Origin: Octopus vulgaris
Taxonomy: Eukaryota
DNA length: 64,000 nucleotides
Assembly (NCBI GenBank): GCA_951406725.2
Contig: OX597826.1
Coordinates: 2,728,001-2,792,000 of the forward strand
Direction of reading: 5' to 3'
Shown here: in pieces, positions 51,795-64,000 of the stretch
Layout: each line of letters opens with the position of its first letter
How positions within the stretch are numbered: position 1 is the first letter of the stretch
Made by a program: the position numbers and the translations under genes
Notes under the pieces: generated by a model
What the model saw: only the letters and a program-made list of their open reading frames with translations
The model's database searches: none
Told to the model about the DNA's origin: nothing

Positions 51795-52199
51795 AGGAGT
51801 GGCTGTCTGGTAAGTAGCTTGCTAACCAACCATATGATTCCGAGTTCAGCCCCACTGCGTGGCACCTTGGGCGAGTGTCTTCTACTAAAGCCTCGGGCCG
51901 ACCAAAGCCTTGTGAGTGGATTTGGTAGACGGAAACTAAAAAAAGCCCATCGTATATGTGTATGTATATATATGTGTGTATGTGTATGTTTGTATGTCTG
52001 TGTTTGTCCCCCCAACATCGCTTGACAACCGATGGTGGTGTGTTTACGTCCCCGTAACTTAGCGGTTCGGCAAAAGAGACCGATAGAATAAGTACTAGGC
52101 TTACAAAAGAATAAGTCCTGGGATCGATTTGCTCGACTAAAGGTGGTGCTCCAGCATGGCCGCAATAAAATGACTGAAACAAGTAAAAGAGTAAAAGAG
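51795..52199 (+). mobile_element. SINE family A, near-consensus young copy
   Basis: Full length, low divergence from the 14145 and 31661 copies. Confidence 0.93.
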
Positions 52200-52970
52200 C
52201 AGCACAATTGCTATTTGCATCCGTCATTAATATTTCACTGACAACCGATTGAAATTGTTTCTGATGAGGTAAAGTGTGCGTGTTTCATCCATTTGATTTA
52301 CTTTACAGGGTTGAAATCTGGTGGAATATTTGGTATCAGAGATCCGGTAATTGTGCTATTTTTCCTGTACCGTATGGTGAATGACTGAAAGATGAGGCTC
52401 TTCTGAACGTATATTTCTCGTATTACCTTTCACACGTATGGTTTCAATATAACGTGTTTGCTATTTTCGATCTCCGGCAAAACATTTCTACATGTTGTTC
52501 GAGTCCACCTAAAGCCCCAACGACGCCTCACACAAACCATGACAAGACATGGATCGAATCTTTTAGTCTGTGTCTCTTTATCCGTAACTTTCACGTTTTG
52601 TTGTCTCATATGGGAAGGCGCACGCAATATTTTGGAGAGCAACGAGTTGTTACTGACTGTTTGCGATCTTGAAACCTCATTTACTATAGCAAGAATGTAG
52701 TTTCAAAATTGTGTATCCTGTAGATGTAACATGATTTCTGGTACATAAAGGAAACGGCGTGTTTGAAAATCACTTATCCGTAAATAGGTCACAACGAATA
52801 CATGACTGTACTTGGGGAAGAAACAGACATGCGTCATCTTTCTTTCGACTCTCGTCGATGAACCTCTCAAGAAATACCAGGATTTGGTTCCTTCTCTTTC
52901 GAGAATCTAGTGAAATCTTGTTATTTTCGAATATTTGGCTCTTGTTGCCTTCCAATTCTCGGCAACCTTT

Positions 52971-53017
52971 CAGCAGCAGCAGCAGCAACAACAGTAGGAG
53001 TAGTATTAGCAGGAAAA

Positions 53018-53074
<57 letters not shown>

Positions 53075-53093
53075 CAGCAGGAGTAGTAGTAGT

Positions 53094-53125
<32 letters not shown>

Positions 53126-53126
53126 T

Positions 53127-53158
<32 letters not shown>

Positions 53159-53228
53159 TAGTAGTAGCAGCAGCAATAGTAATAGTAGTAGTAGTAGTAG
53201 TAGTAGTAGTAGCAGCAGCAGTAGTAGT

Positions 53229-53263
<35 letters not shown>

Positions 53264-53290
53264 TAGTTGCTGTTGCCGTAGCAGTTGTGT
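52971..53290 (+). repeat. (GTA)n/(GCA)n compound trinucleotide repeat
   Basis: Directly visible; source of the poly-V/poly-A ORF. Confidence 0.97.
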
Positions 53291-54919
53291 TTGTTACAGC
53301 CGCTGTTATTGTAGTTAGCGTTTCGAAAGTTTTTCCAGCTACCGACGCCTATGCTAATATTAATATTGTTCTAAACATTAATGTTATCGCAGTTAATATC
53401 TTTTGAAAGAACAGGTTTTTTTTTCTTTGGTTTCTCAATCACTAATTATTTGTTAATAGAATTTCAGTCATTCTTTTTTTCTGAGTGGGAAGGGCGTTTA
53501 GTTCAAATTCTTTCATGCACAGAAGACTGCCGCCAACACTAGGAGAGTCGCCATATATTAGTATCGTCGACGATATAATTTTTGAATTTGTTTCTGTTTA
53601 AGAAATGGTTTCCCAGCTAAAAATTTCAAAATGTCAAAAGAACATAAAAATAGAAAAAAGAGAAAAAAAATTCTCCCCGAGCCAGGAAGAAAAACAATTA
53701 AACAGAATATTACCGTTTAACATATTTTACAGAAAAACAAAAACGCGGAAAAAATATAGAAATCGAATTAGAAGCGAAACGTAAAGTCCAGGTGCAGAAT
53801 CAAAGATGTTTTCCCGCTGGTTATCCAAATAATAATAACAATGCTTTATTAAATAAGCTACAAGGGCTTATGATGTTGGAAATACTACAAAAGCGAAACA
53901 CCACGAAAAATATTTGTAACAATAATCAACGGATATTTTATTTCTTGTAAAAGCTAGAAAGCAACAATAACAAGCATGCCGAAGGAAGATACCATGATAT
54001 TTCAACACTAAATTAATGTTTTAAGAATAAAGTTTGGAAAATACACAAAATCAAAGCTCGCTTTTCTGTTTGTCAACACATTAGACATCAAATGTTCCAT
54101 ATTCTATGACTGTAATCAAAAGTTTTCGAGATTAACCCTCCGATCGGCAGCAATTCTCCAACTTAGCTATGTTCTGTCTTCGGACGCTCGATAAGCTTCG
54201 ATTAAGTGACTAGGATAATCTGTGCCACTAGTATCCACTTTCTGATAAATTTCCTAAAAGGAATGATCTCCTTTTTCCTCACACACCGTGTTGTGAACCC
54301 TAACCAAATTTCAGATTCCAGGTAGCTAAGGTTGATCTCCTTTCAAAGCAAACAAACTACTTTCTCAAATGGATGAGTGGTGCACAAATGAGTTTTACAA
54401 AAGTTAATTAAAATTGTTATTCTGGGAATATCTCTAGGTACTACTGCTTGAGCAGATGCCAATGCAGCATCATCCTCAACGTATCGGCCCCTTAGAATGA
54501 AAAGCATTCCTTCGGCAGCTAGGAATGAATGAAAAAAAACTTTCCAAGTTGAAGGATAAAAACTAGTGCAAACTACAGCCGCGATATATGCACTCACCAC
54601 TTTGACCCTGAGCTGATTGCTAGCTGACTCACAACGCCAACGTGTCTGCTGCTGAGAGACGCAACATGAATAGAGACTGTGCTTAGTTCCACTTCAGCTG
54701 CATATCATCTACAAAACTGTCATAAACACATGTCTAGAGATGTGTTAAATCGAGCTTCCGACTACGAGACCTTTTTCAGCTTTTACAGAGATTTACTCGA
54801 GAAATTGATATCTGTGGTTCCTGCATGCTCCTCTTAATATGTTACGCTGCTTCGATATGTTGCTGATTCCTGTGGTTCTCGATACCGTAATTTAATCCTT
54901 TGTTCACTGACACAATCTT

Positions 54920-55157
54920 ATTTCTTATTTCTTTATTGCCCACAAGGGGCTAAAAATAGAAGGAACAAACAAGTACAGACAAAGGGATTAAGTCGATTAC
55001 ATCGACCCCAGTGCGTAACTGGTATTTATTTAATCGACCCCGAAAGGATGAAAGGCAAAGTCGACCTCGGTGGAATTTGAACTCAGAACGTAGCGGCAGA
55101 CAAAATCCCGCTAAGCATTTCGCCCGGTGTTCTAATGTTTCTGCCAGCTCACCGCCT
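54920..55157 (-). mobile_element. SINE family B with 17-bp TSD
   Basis: ttcactgacacaatctt at 54903-54919 and 55158-55174 flanks a complete copy. Confidence 0.93.
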
Positions 55158-57496
55158 TTCACTGACACAATCTTGCCACACCTCACTATTATAGGTATAA
55201 TTCCAAACAACTCTAGCCTCTACAACAACATCAATATATTCCGTTACTGAACCGATGTGTGAATGAAACCCTCATCGAGCACTTTCGATGAATGCAATTT
55301 ATGCTGAACTCGTTGCTGACGTCGCAATATATCAGAGAGAGCCAGCCTTCAAAAAGTGTACTGAAATAGGCTGCATTTCCCTCTGCCACCAAATACTGAT
55401 GGCCGTTCCTATATAATTATTTTGTCACTCCAAAAATAACGAAACATAAGACGAGCCAAGCTGATTACCAAATAACTCTACAGAGAATCACAATGGTCCA
55501 TTTTTGTGTAGACGGATATTGTAGAATATCAAAATTCTTCGGAATTCTGAGTGCATTATTGACACGTACCAATTTGTCGAAGATCTCACATTGTGTTTTG
55601 AGCAGAGCTATCCAACGCAAATGATTTCTATATTTCTGCGCCCATTCCACATTCGCTAACACGACTGTTTCAAGTCACGTACCGCGAAGACCAGATAATT
55701 GCAAAACGTTTGGTATTGAAAGTTGAACAGATGCAATCTGTTAACACCTGATTCTGGAAGCGAGAACTGAGTTGTTCATTGTCAAGTGCATGTTACAAAA
55801 TGTGCAACTTCATCCGATATGCATATTACGTTCTGTAGACATTTTGCCTTCGCCTCTTCTTTACTGCAAAATAATTACAATGTTATGGACTGTCTTTTTG
55901 TTTGGGGACAAAAAGGTACACATAATATATTTTAGCGGAATGTTTTGAAATTAATTTAGCGTAGGTTGCAGCAAATTTTCGGACTGCAAATTATAATGAA
56001 CACGATAGTTGCCGACTGCATGCAGATTTGCTAAAGGAAATCTTATGAAACTCAGATTAGAAAAATGTGCCAAGATAACGTTGACGTGAAGAAAATTAAG
56101 AACGATATCTATCAAGATAAAGGAAGAGAGATTTAGACTAAGCATACACAGAAGGTAGGAATCAAGTAACTTCGATGGCGTATAGACGCACGGTGGAAAG
56201 AGAAGCTTCGAAAGGAATTTTATAGAGACGCATAATACCTAGATCTAAACTAAATGCAAAACTACCTGGTAGTAGAGATGGGCACTCTAAACAACTCATT
56301 GTATATAACAATATATAATATTCCCAACTGGACAGCAAACGAACAAGTATAATTAAGCCAAGCCTAAATAAGCCAAAATGCTTCATTAAACTACAATATT
56401 CACATCCGAAAGAAAATATACATATTTAACATAAATATGGACAACGGTTTAGCACAAATAATGTATTATACAATGTATTATCTACTGAGAGGCATGTACA
56501 GACAAATGAAAAACCCCTTCATTTACTACAAATCATAAATAAAATCGCTGCCCTCCTGTTTCAGCTAGGAAATAATACATCAAATATCATGTGACAGATT
56601 TGGGGGATTTCATAGACAAGAAGGAATGTGTCGGCGTAAAGTAGTTTAATTTTTCAGTGAATAACGAAGAAACCATGGTTTAGGACATGCGATTTCACAC
56701 AAAAGATCGATGAAAATGTTAATCTGCTCTCATACGAATATTATGTATCATCAGGAGAATAAACACCTACTAACGAAATTTACAAAGGGGATACAATTTC
56801 CTTTAAAGAATGAGATAGGTGAAACATAAATGAATGAAATAAATACTGACATTATGACTAGTTTACTATAGAATAAACAATAAAATATACAGCCCAATAA
56901 ATACCTAAAGGTTCTGGGCTTAAAAATATGGGTTCATAGAACATAATATTAATTGGTACAGCATACATAAACAAATATTTGGACAATTAGCTACAGTGTT
57001 GCAGACAATACAGAGATTTACTGAAGGAATTGAAATAAAATTCGGATTAGAAAAAATATGCCAACGTAAATCTGAAGATAGGAAAATTAATTAAGAACGC
57101 TAATATCTTAATATATAATGTAAGAGGTACATTATAATTAGAGCAAACAGATTACAAATGCACAGAAATTGATTAATTCATTTGACAGTAATCAACGTAC
57201 GTCTACGTACAAAAGCATCAGCAAGAATTGTTATATCTACATTAGATTGAAACTTAAAGCAGAGTTCACCCCAATCCTATTAATTAGTAGACGTCAATAC
57301 TCAAGACACAAAAGTAATATATATTAGAGCAAATATATTCTAAACTAGGCGAGATTAAAACAAAGGAGATAGAAAGCTTTACATTTGGATTGCGTCGCTT
57401 AATTTCTGTCATATTACTTTGTATATATATCACCAATACACAAATTTCTGCATAACAACGAAATATCTGACAATGGATATTAGAATATTAATATCA

Positions 57497-57650
57497 AAGG
57501 CGGTGAGCTGCCAGAAACGTTAGCACGCCGGGCGAAATGCGTAGCCGTATTTCGTCTGCCGCTACGTTCTGAGTTCAAATTCCGCTCAGGTCGACCTCGC
57601 CTTTCACCCTTTCGGGGTCGATTAAATAAGTACTAGTTACGCACTGGGGT
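57497..57650 (+). mobile_element. SINE family B
   Basis: Head and core match 17537. Confidence 0.88.
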
Positions 57651-57766
57651 TTACTGGTGTAGGTATTGTCTTGAAGGAGGATTAGGATAGTGCATACGTA
57701 CTTTTCTGAGTTCATGATTACTACAAAACTCCTTTTATCGGATTCTGTTATAATATATATATATAT

Positions 57767-57798
<32 letters not shown>

Positions 57799-57799
57799 T

Positions 57800-58500
57800 C
57801 CTTGGAAAGAAGTGCGTGTAGAGACGTTAGGCATCCCTTAAATAGCGTCAAGTCAGGGGCAAATGTCATTAGACTATGTAGCTGCATTCCGAAGCGTGAC
57901 CAGCTGGAGCTTTGCCCATTATCCAACCATCTTTCTCCTACTTTAACACTAGGTCTGCTGCAGGTTGTCTTACGTTTCTTTTCTGTGACTTTCTTATCAC
58001 TAGTGCCTGGTAGCAAAGTCACGACTTCTAATGGGGAAGAAGTAGCACCCCGACCTGGAGAAACTCCTGATGTCAAAGCTACGCATCCTATTGAGCAACA
58101 CTACTTCAATTGTATGTATTTCGGCCAATTGTATTTGTTATTATACTCTTTGTCTCGTTAACCGACATTCATGGCCATAGGTAAGGAGTATATTGCAGAG
58201 AAACAAAACTGAAGATAACTAGATTGCCCTCTTTGCCAGCCTGTCCTCCTTTGAGGATCGAATACTGGAGGTAGCACATTACTGTGCTATCAACTGTAAT
58301 TCTGGTTTCCAATTTAGTCTCCTACCTCCCTCACACGTGAGTACATCCTTGAGAAAATTAAAGCTCTCCACTCGTCTGAGTGATATTGCACTAAAACGCA
58401 GAATACACTGGGAAGGTTTTCTTCAGTCATCATACCCTTCGCAGCACAAATTTTCATCCCAGCCTTTCTAAACCCTGGAGCAAACCTAAACTGTGCCTAG
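57800..58500 (-). mobile_element. RTE-clade LINE (Rex3/Expander-like) 3' fragment
   Basis: Minus-strand remnants LTYGHEC, IQLAE and RMRSFDIR match the RTE ORF C-terminal region; multiple frameshifts. Confidence 0.65.
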
Positions 58501-59222
58501 ATAAATAGATAGATATATACATAGATAGATAGATGATCAGGCATTCTTTTATTCTTTTACTTGTTTCAGTCATTTAACTGCGGCCATGCTAGAGTACGTC
58601 CATTATTCGAACAAATCGAGCCCCAGAAATATAAAAAAATTCGACCCCAGGTATGTAAAATGTAATATAATTGTATGTGTCTGTAAGCAAATGCAAGAAA
58701 AAAAAGCAAGTTTTGTAAGAAACGCATTTATGTAACTAGAAAAACCAAGTTCCGCGTAGTACAGCCATTGATTATATCACCTCTCACCTTGAAAAACATT
58801 TTGTTCATGAAGACATCAGGTGTATTCCGAAACGTCCTACACATAATGTCTTACTATAATGAATTTTCCATAAATTTTCGATAATTTCTTTATTATACTT
58901 GTTTTGTTTTTCAAAGTAAGCATTTTTCATATTGTGATCAAATTTTAAAAAATGAATTGCGACATAGAAATATTATTCAGCCACAAAACACCACTTTGTG
59001 TAAACCACAGTTAGTCTTTATCACAACGCTTTACTGCACTGTGTATTGCAATATTAAGTGCAATGATTGTTAGTGGGTGTAAATCGCTTCTGGAAGCTGG
59101 CTATGGATATAAGTAGACTGCAGTAAACGTTATTATATTAATGGTACTTATTCTATCTAACGCAGGATCAAACGAAATATATACGAACATATATGCACAT
59201 ACCTATACGGCTATGTACATAT

Positions 59223-59267
<45 letters not shown>

Positions 59268-59288
59268 TATATAATATATGTATATATA

Positions 59289-59320
<32 letters not shown>

Positions 59321-59419
59321 ATATATAAATGTATATAACGCAGGATCAAACGAAATATATATGAACATATATGCGCATACCTATATGGTTATGTACATCT
59401 ATGTGCATATGGATATATC

Positions 59420-59450
<31 letters not shown>

Positions 59451-59459
59451 GTATGTATG

Positions 59460-59506
<47 letters not shown>

Positions 59507-60085
59507 ATATATATCTATATATGTATGTCTAAATGGATGGGTGTATATGCTCTTCTCTACGTGTGTGTATATCTGTATTTGATATCTCCAACCGGAGATC
59601 AAAGTGTACACAATCGTGCACCGACCTATATTTTCTAAAGCAACAAAATCCACCATCCTATCCATTCTATTAATGGAAGTTATATAAGTTTCTCAATGAA
59701 CATAAAAGTGAAATATTATAGCAAAATAAATAACGTATATATATATATATATATATATGTGTGTATGACGTGTTTCGGTAAAATAAATGTCTTCTTTCAC
59801 ATTAGAAAATATCACTAGAACTTCAACTCTAACATATTAGTGATTTGGCCTTGTGTTGCTTCTTTTTCATATATATATTATGCAATTCTTTCTACAAATA
59901 GACTGTTGCCGATTCTAATATTGACATATTCTTTTCAGAATATCTCCAAGATTTCCCAACAGTAATTTCAGTTTGAATATATTCCGACCATACCATATAA
60001 TGCCAAATAATCAGGCATACAGAGTAAAAGAAAAATACACACTCGCTCTTATGAATGTATGCCCGCATGTATGTATATGTATGTA

Positions 60086-60214
<129 letters not shown>

Positions 60215-60899
60215 TACATATACATATATATATATATATATTTGCACGTATGTATATATGTGTGCATGTACGTATGTGTGTGTGTCTGTGTGTGTATGAA
60301 GTCATGTCTATGATACTCTACGTTACCGTTCATTTCAAGGTATTTATTCTTAACTATTTTCGTTTCTGTAGCGTTTAACATAGGAATGGTTACATTTCTA
60401 CGCTCATATATTTATTTCTGCTGTGCCTATATACTTTTGCAATTATTATGTATATTTTTGTATCATTTGATGCGATGTAACATGCAACGATTCACAATAT
60501 CACGTTCCTTTTTTATTTACCATAGCAGTTTAATCTAACCATATTGGTAGTCATGTACATAATTATTGTAGCACCATCAACCTCCTACATTCGTCTCTTC
60601 CGCTTTATCTGGTTATATTTTCGATCGGTAGTGTGTTACCACAAAACGAACAAAATTTAACATTTAGGAAAGAATAAGTAGTGAAATGATTTGAAATTGG
60701 AATGAATGCAAAAGCAGCAATTTTGGGCGGTGGAATTTAGCCGATTATATTGATTTAACAACTTGAGTAGTACTTTATTTTATCGATATCGAAGGATGAA
60801 CAGCTAACTTGAACTCTCGAGATGATTTGACCTGAAAGAAATGCCGCTGTCTACTTGTCCCGACTCGTCAACCAATTTAATCTGGTGCGGTATAAGAGG

Positions 60900-62520
60900 A
60901 AATGATTTAACCTATGAAGATTGGAGTTGTTTTCTCATGACAGCTCATTTGAAACAACATCTATAAGGAAACGGACGAAATACCAAAAGCTGCAAAGAGC
61001 AGTATAGAGGAATTTTAGCAGAAGGAGTACTGAATTGAGAACATAATTCATAACTTGAATACAGAAAAACATGAAAAATGACCGCTTGTAAGGATAAAAA
61101 TAATAATATGCTCACAGATAGGAAAGGAGTTGATGAAAGATGGATAAAATTCATGAAGGATCTATACATTTAACACACAAGGACTGATTTGAAAATTCTG
61201 TACAACCTTTAGCAAAATCAACCTGAGAATTCGTAATAGGTTCTTAAACAATGGATTCCCCAAAAGTAATATCAAAGACGTAATAAAATATTTGAAAGCC
61301 AACAAAGCAAAAGATGTAGAGCATATTATAGCAAATAAGATAAAAAGAGTTGGTGTAAAACGAGAGAATTTTCGTGCAAAGTATGCAAACAGGTTTGCTA
61401 TTACATTCTTACCGAAAACGAAACCGCTATCCCTTGCATTTACAAAAACAAAAAAGCGAAAATAATAGACATATAGCATTTACGACATGGTGACAAAGTA
61501 TTATTTAGCGTGCTAAATAACCTTTTAAGATTCATACAAGAAAATAATTGCTGAATGACATTGGCGGTTGCGGAGTAATTATTAAAAAATTTAGAGGGCG
61601 TGACACAGGAGTACTTCATATATTTCTTGCATCAAAAGAAAAGGGAGTTGACAGAAAATGGGAAAGAGAACTATGGGATATCATGAAGATGTAGAACATA
61701 CCAACACGTCTAATTGGAATATCGGACCAAAAAAAAAATAATAATAGATAAATAGATGAAAGTAATTATGTAATTCTGAACAATTAAATAATTGTATAGT
61801 TTGAAAGACAAACGCAGAGTACATTTTCCGAACGATTTCCGTATATTTTCATAACGGTTATCCAATCTATTTCTTAAACAATTGATGAGAGATATCCTAG
61901 ATAACGTTTAGGCCATGAAGAGTGGAAAAAGAATGTTTGTCTACTTAACGGATGACCAATCTATGGTAGACGATATTGAGATATCAACCGCGAATCGTCT
62001 GATGAAACAAGAAGTCATATTATGCTTCAAGTAAGTATCACGAGAAAACTAACTGTAAAAGTTGCCAAGTCATGTTGAAAAGAGAACAACTCGCGTAACT
62101 AACAGGTATTGACATGAGCGTAAATTCATGAAGGATCTATACATTTAACTCAATGCTATTGAGATGAATACAGTGAACCCATTCAATTAATTAGGTTCTC
62201 TCAGCAACGAACGTTCAATATTTGAAACCGAGTTAAAGATATAATTTCCAATAGTAACAAGTAAATTTGCAAAGATGGATAGGGCATGGGGCCTGAAAAC
62301 ATTGCAATATGTATGATACCTGAAAGTGCTTGCTACGATTGTGGGTCATACGTATACATAATATATGTATTGAAAGGCGCCTTCGACTTAAGATGCATTG
62401 GCCGTTTGATTCGTATTAATTGTAGGATCAACCGCACCAAGAAGGGTAGAAAGTAAAAATATCATCTCAGAGAAAATTTCACAGATTGCATTATATCAAG
62501 TTGAAAATACAAATATGCTG
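60900..62520 (+). mobile_element. Very old RTE-like LINE RT relic
   Basis: Patchy remnants resembling N.R.IAL..H..KVL, LRVII and ELW..M...IP..LI; A-rich coding-like strand; no intact ORF. Confidence 0.45.
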
Positions 62521-62585
62521 ATAAAATGATAAAGTAAAAGCAAGCACACGAGGAGAGAGCGTCTCAATAATACTGAGATCTGAGA

Positions 62586-62800
62586 AAGGTGGCGAGCTGG
62601 CAGAAACGTTAGCACGCCGGGCGAAATACTTAGCGGTATTTCGTCTGCCGATATGTTCTGGATTCAAATTCTGCCGAATTCGAATTTGCCTTTCATCCTT
62701 TCGGGGTCGATAAATTAAGTACCAGTTGTGTACTAGGTTCGATCTAATCGACTAGCTCTCTTCCCAAAAATGTTGTGCATTGTGTCTATGGTAGAAAAAA
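62586..62800 (+). mobile_element. SINE family B
   Basis: Head, core and 3' tail match the 46540 and 54920 copies. Confidence 0.88.
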
Positions 62801-63074
62801 TCTTGAGATTTGACAAGAGATATAGATATTGGTATGCCTAAGACAAAATTACAAAACCGAGAATGATGGAAAATTCTGAGATTCCCCAGCGGAATAAATT
62901 TAATGTAGCGGAAATTATACACTTTTATGCAGCATATTTTCGAAATTTGCCTCTTACATTTCTGGTACTTGTGATGAAAAAAAAAAAACAAAAGCAAAAA
63001 ACAAAAGGCGTCGGAGGGGCAATGCATACCCTGTGCGTAGGTAAAGTTTTTTGCAAATTATAGTGAGTCTTATA

Positions 63075-63660
63075 ATGCGTTACTCACCCGTGCTTTTCAA
63101 TTGGACTGAATTCAGCGTTTTTTTTTAAATATCACCATTACAGGTATTTATACTCCGGTGAAATTAAGAAATCAAGTAGTTAATAAGCGAAATCCCCGAA
63201 TCCAACAGTGTACACACACACATATACACATAGACAGATAGACACGCATGCATAGACAGACAGATAGACAGATAGACACGCACACACACACAGAGTCGCA
63301 TATCTATGTATGTATTTATTTATGTATTTACTCATACGTATCTACGCGCATAAGCACACCATAATATATACATTCACAGACGAAGGTTGATTCATAGGAA
63401 AAAGAAAATGAACAAAATAGTATGATTACTTGCTTATCGGGAAATTTGTAAGCTCGATTTAAAAAGAAATTAAAACAATTTTTTGTTAAAGATAATCAAA
63501 CGAAATGTTCATCTTTTCGAGCCACTCACCCAATCAGTATTTCTGACAAATGTGATGGAAATCCGTTCAACCGTTTTCCAGTCATTTTGCAAACCGAGAA
63601 GACAAACAGACGAAGACAAAGTGATTACAATAACATGATTTCGCTTACGCGTGCAGGGTA
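63075..63660 (+). mobile_element. Possible Helitron/Helentron-derived non-autonomous relic
   Basis: gaaatccgttcaaccgtttt...acagacg...acaataac...gcagggta resembles HINE/DINE-type 3' ends with an internal (GACA)/(CA) tract; resemblance only. Confidence 0.3.
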
Positions 63661-64000
63661 TGGAACTTATTCATGGAAAGTAACCTTCAGTTATTGTATG
63701 CATTTGGAAGTGGTCAATTCTTAAGTATTCTCAGATAGAGTCTGGCTTCTATGTCAATTGTTGCACTTCTCTTGGGATGATGTCTATTAATGACTAAGTG
63801 CTCTACATACTAACTATTTTTACCTGAAAGTTTGTTTGTAAAAGACACCTGATAGTATGTGTTTGATGATCGAATAAAACAAGGCCTCTTATTAAACAAA
63901 TTTACACTAACCGCCACAAACCAGCCCTAATTAATGATACATACTGTCATTTAGTTTCTTCGGAATTAAAATATTGTAGTTCTTTCCCTTGCACTTCATA

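Noticed and set aside
51586-52227. 213-aa and 140-aa ORFs
   Set aside because: They lie antisense over a SINE A copy; similar peptides recur at other copies.
54343-54600. Mariner C-terminus-like peptide (LRGRYVEDDAAL)
   Set aside because: Short resemblance only; no TIRs or other transposase motifs found.

Overview
AT-rich, microsatellite-dense eukaryotic DNA, intergenic or intronic. The tRNA-derived SINE families and (TA)n/(CA)n load match my recollection of octopus repeats, so an Octopus-like cephalopod is inferred. I found no confident host protein-coding exon; most ORF-track entries are translated microsatellites. Content: (i) a young, 5'-truncated Penelope-like retroelement (38617-42011, minus) with an uninterrupted RT + GIY-YIG frame and Naiad-type features, sitting in (TA)n; (ii) two decayed Tc1/mariner transposons with both TIRs (a maT/DD37D-like copy and a DD36E copy); (iii) relics of CR1-group, R4/Dong, RTE and older Penelope elements, plus a GC-rich ORF1-only (zinc-knuckle) retroelement; (iv) dozens of SINE copies from about four modular families. 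The main signal missed by the ORF track is a set of at least six sequence-distinct type-I hammerhead ribozyme folds (8980, 21285, 22673, 38749, 42255, 45275). Several lie in tiny protein-free inserts in (TA)n or between target-site duplications, and some carry core variants (U3-A8, C4). A 142-bp inverted repeat also has a hammerhead-like core in its loop. Together these suggest an ecosystem of ribozyme-bearing non-autonomous Penelope/retrozyme-like units. All folds were paired by eye, and none has been tested computationally or biochemically.
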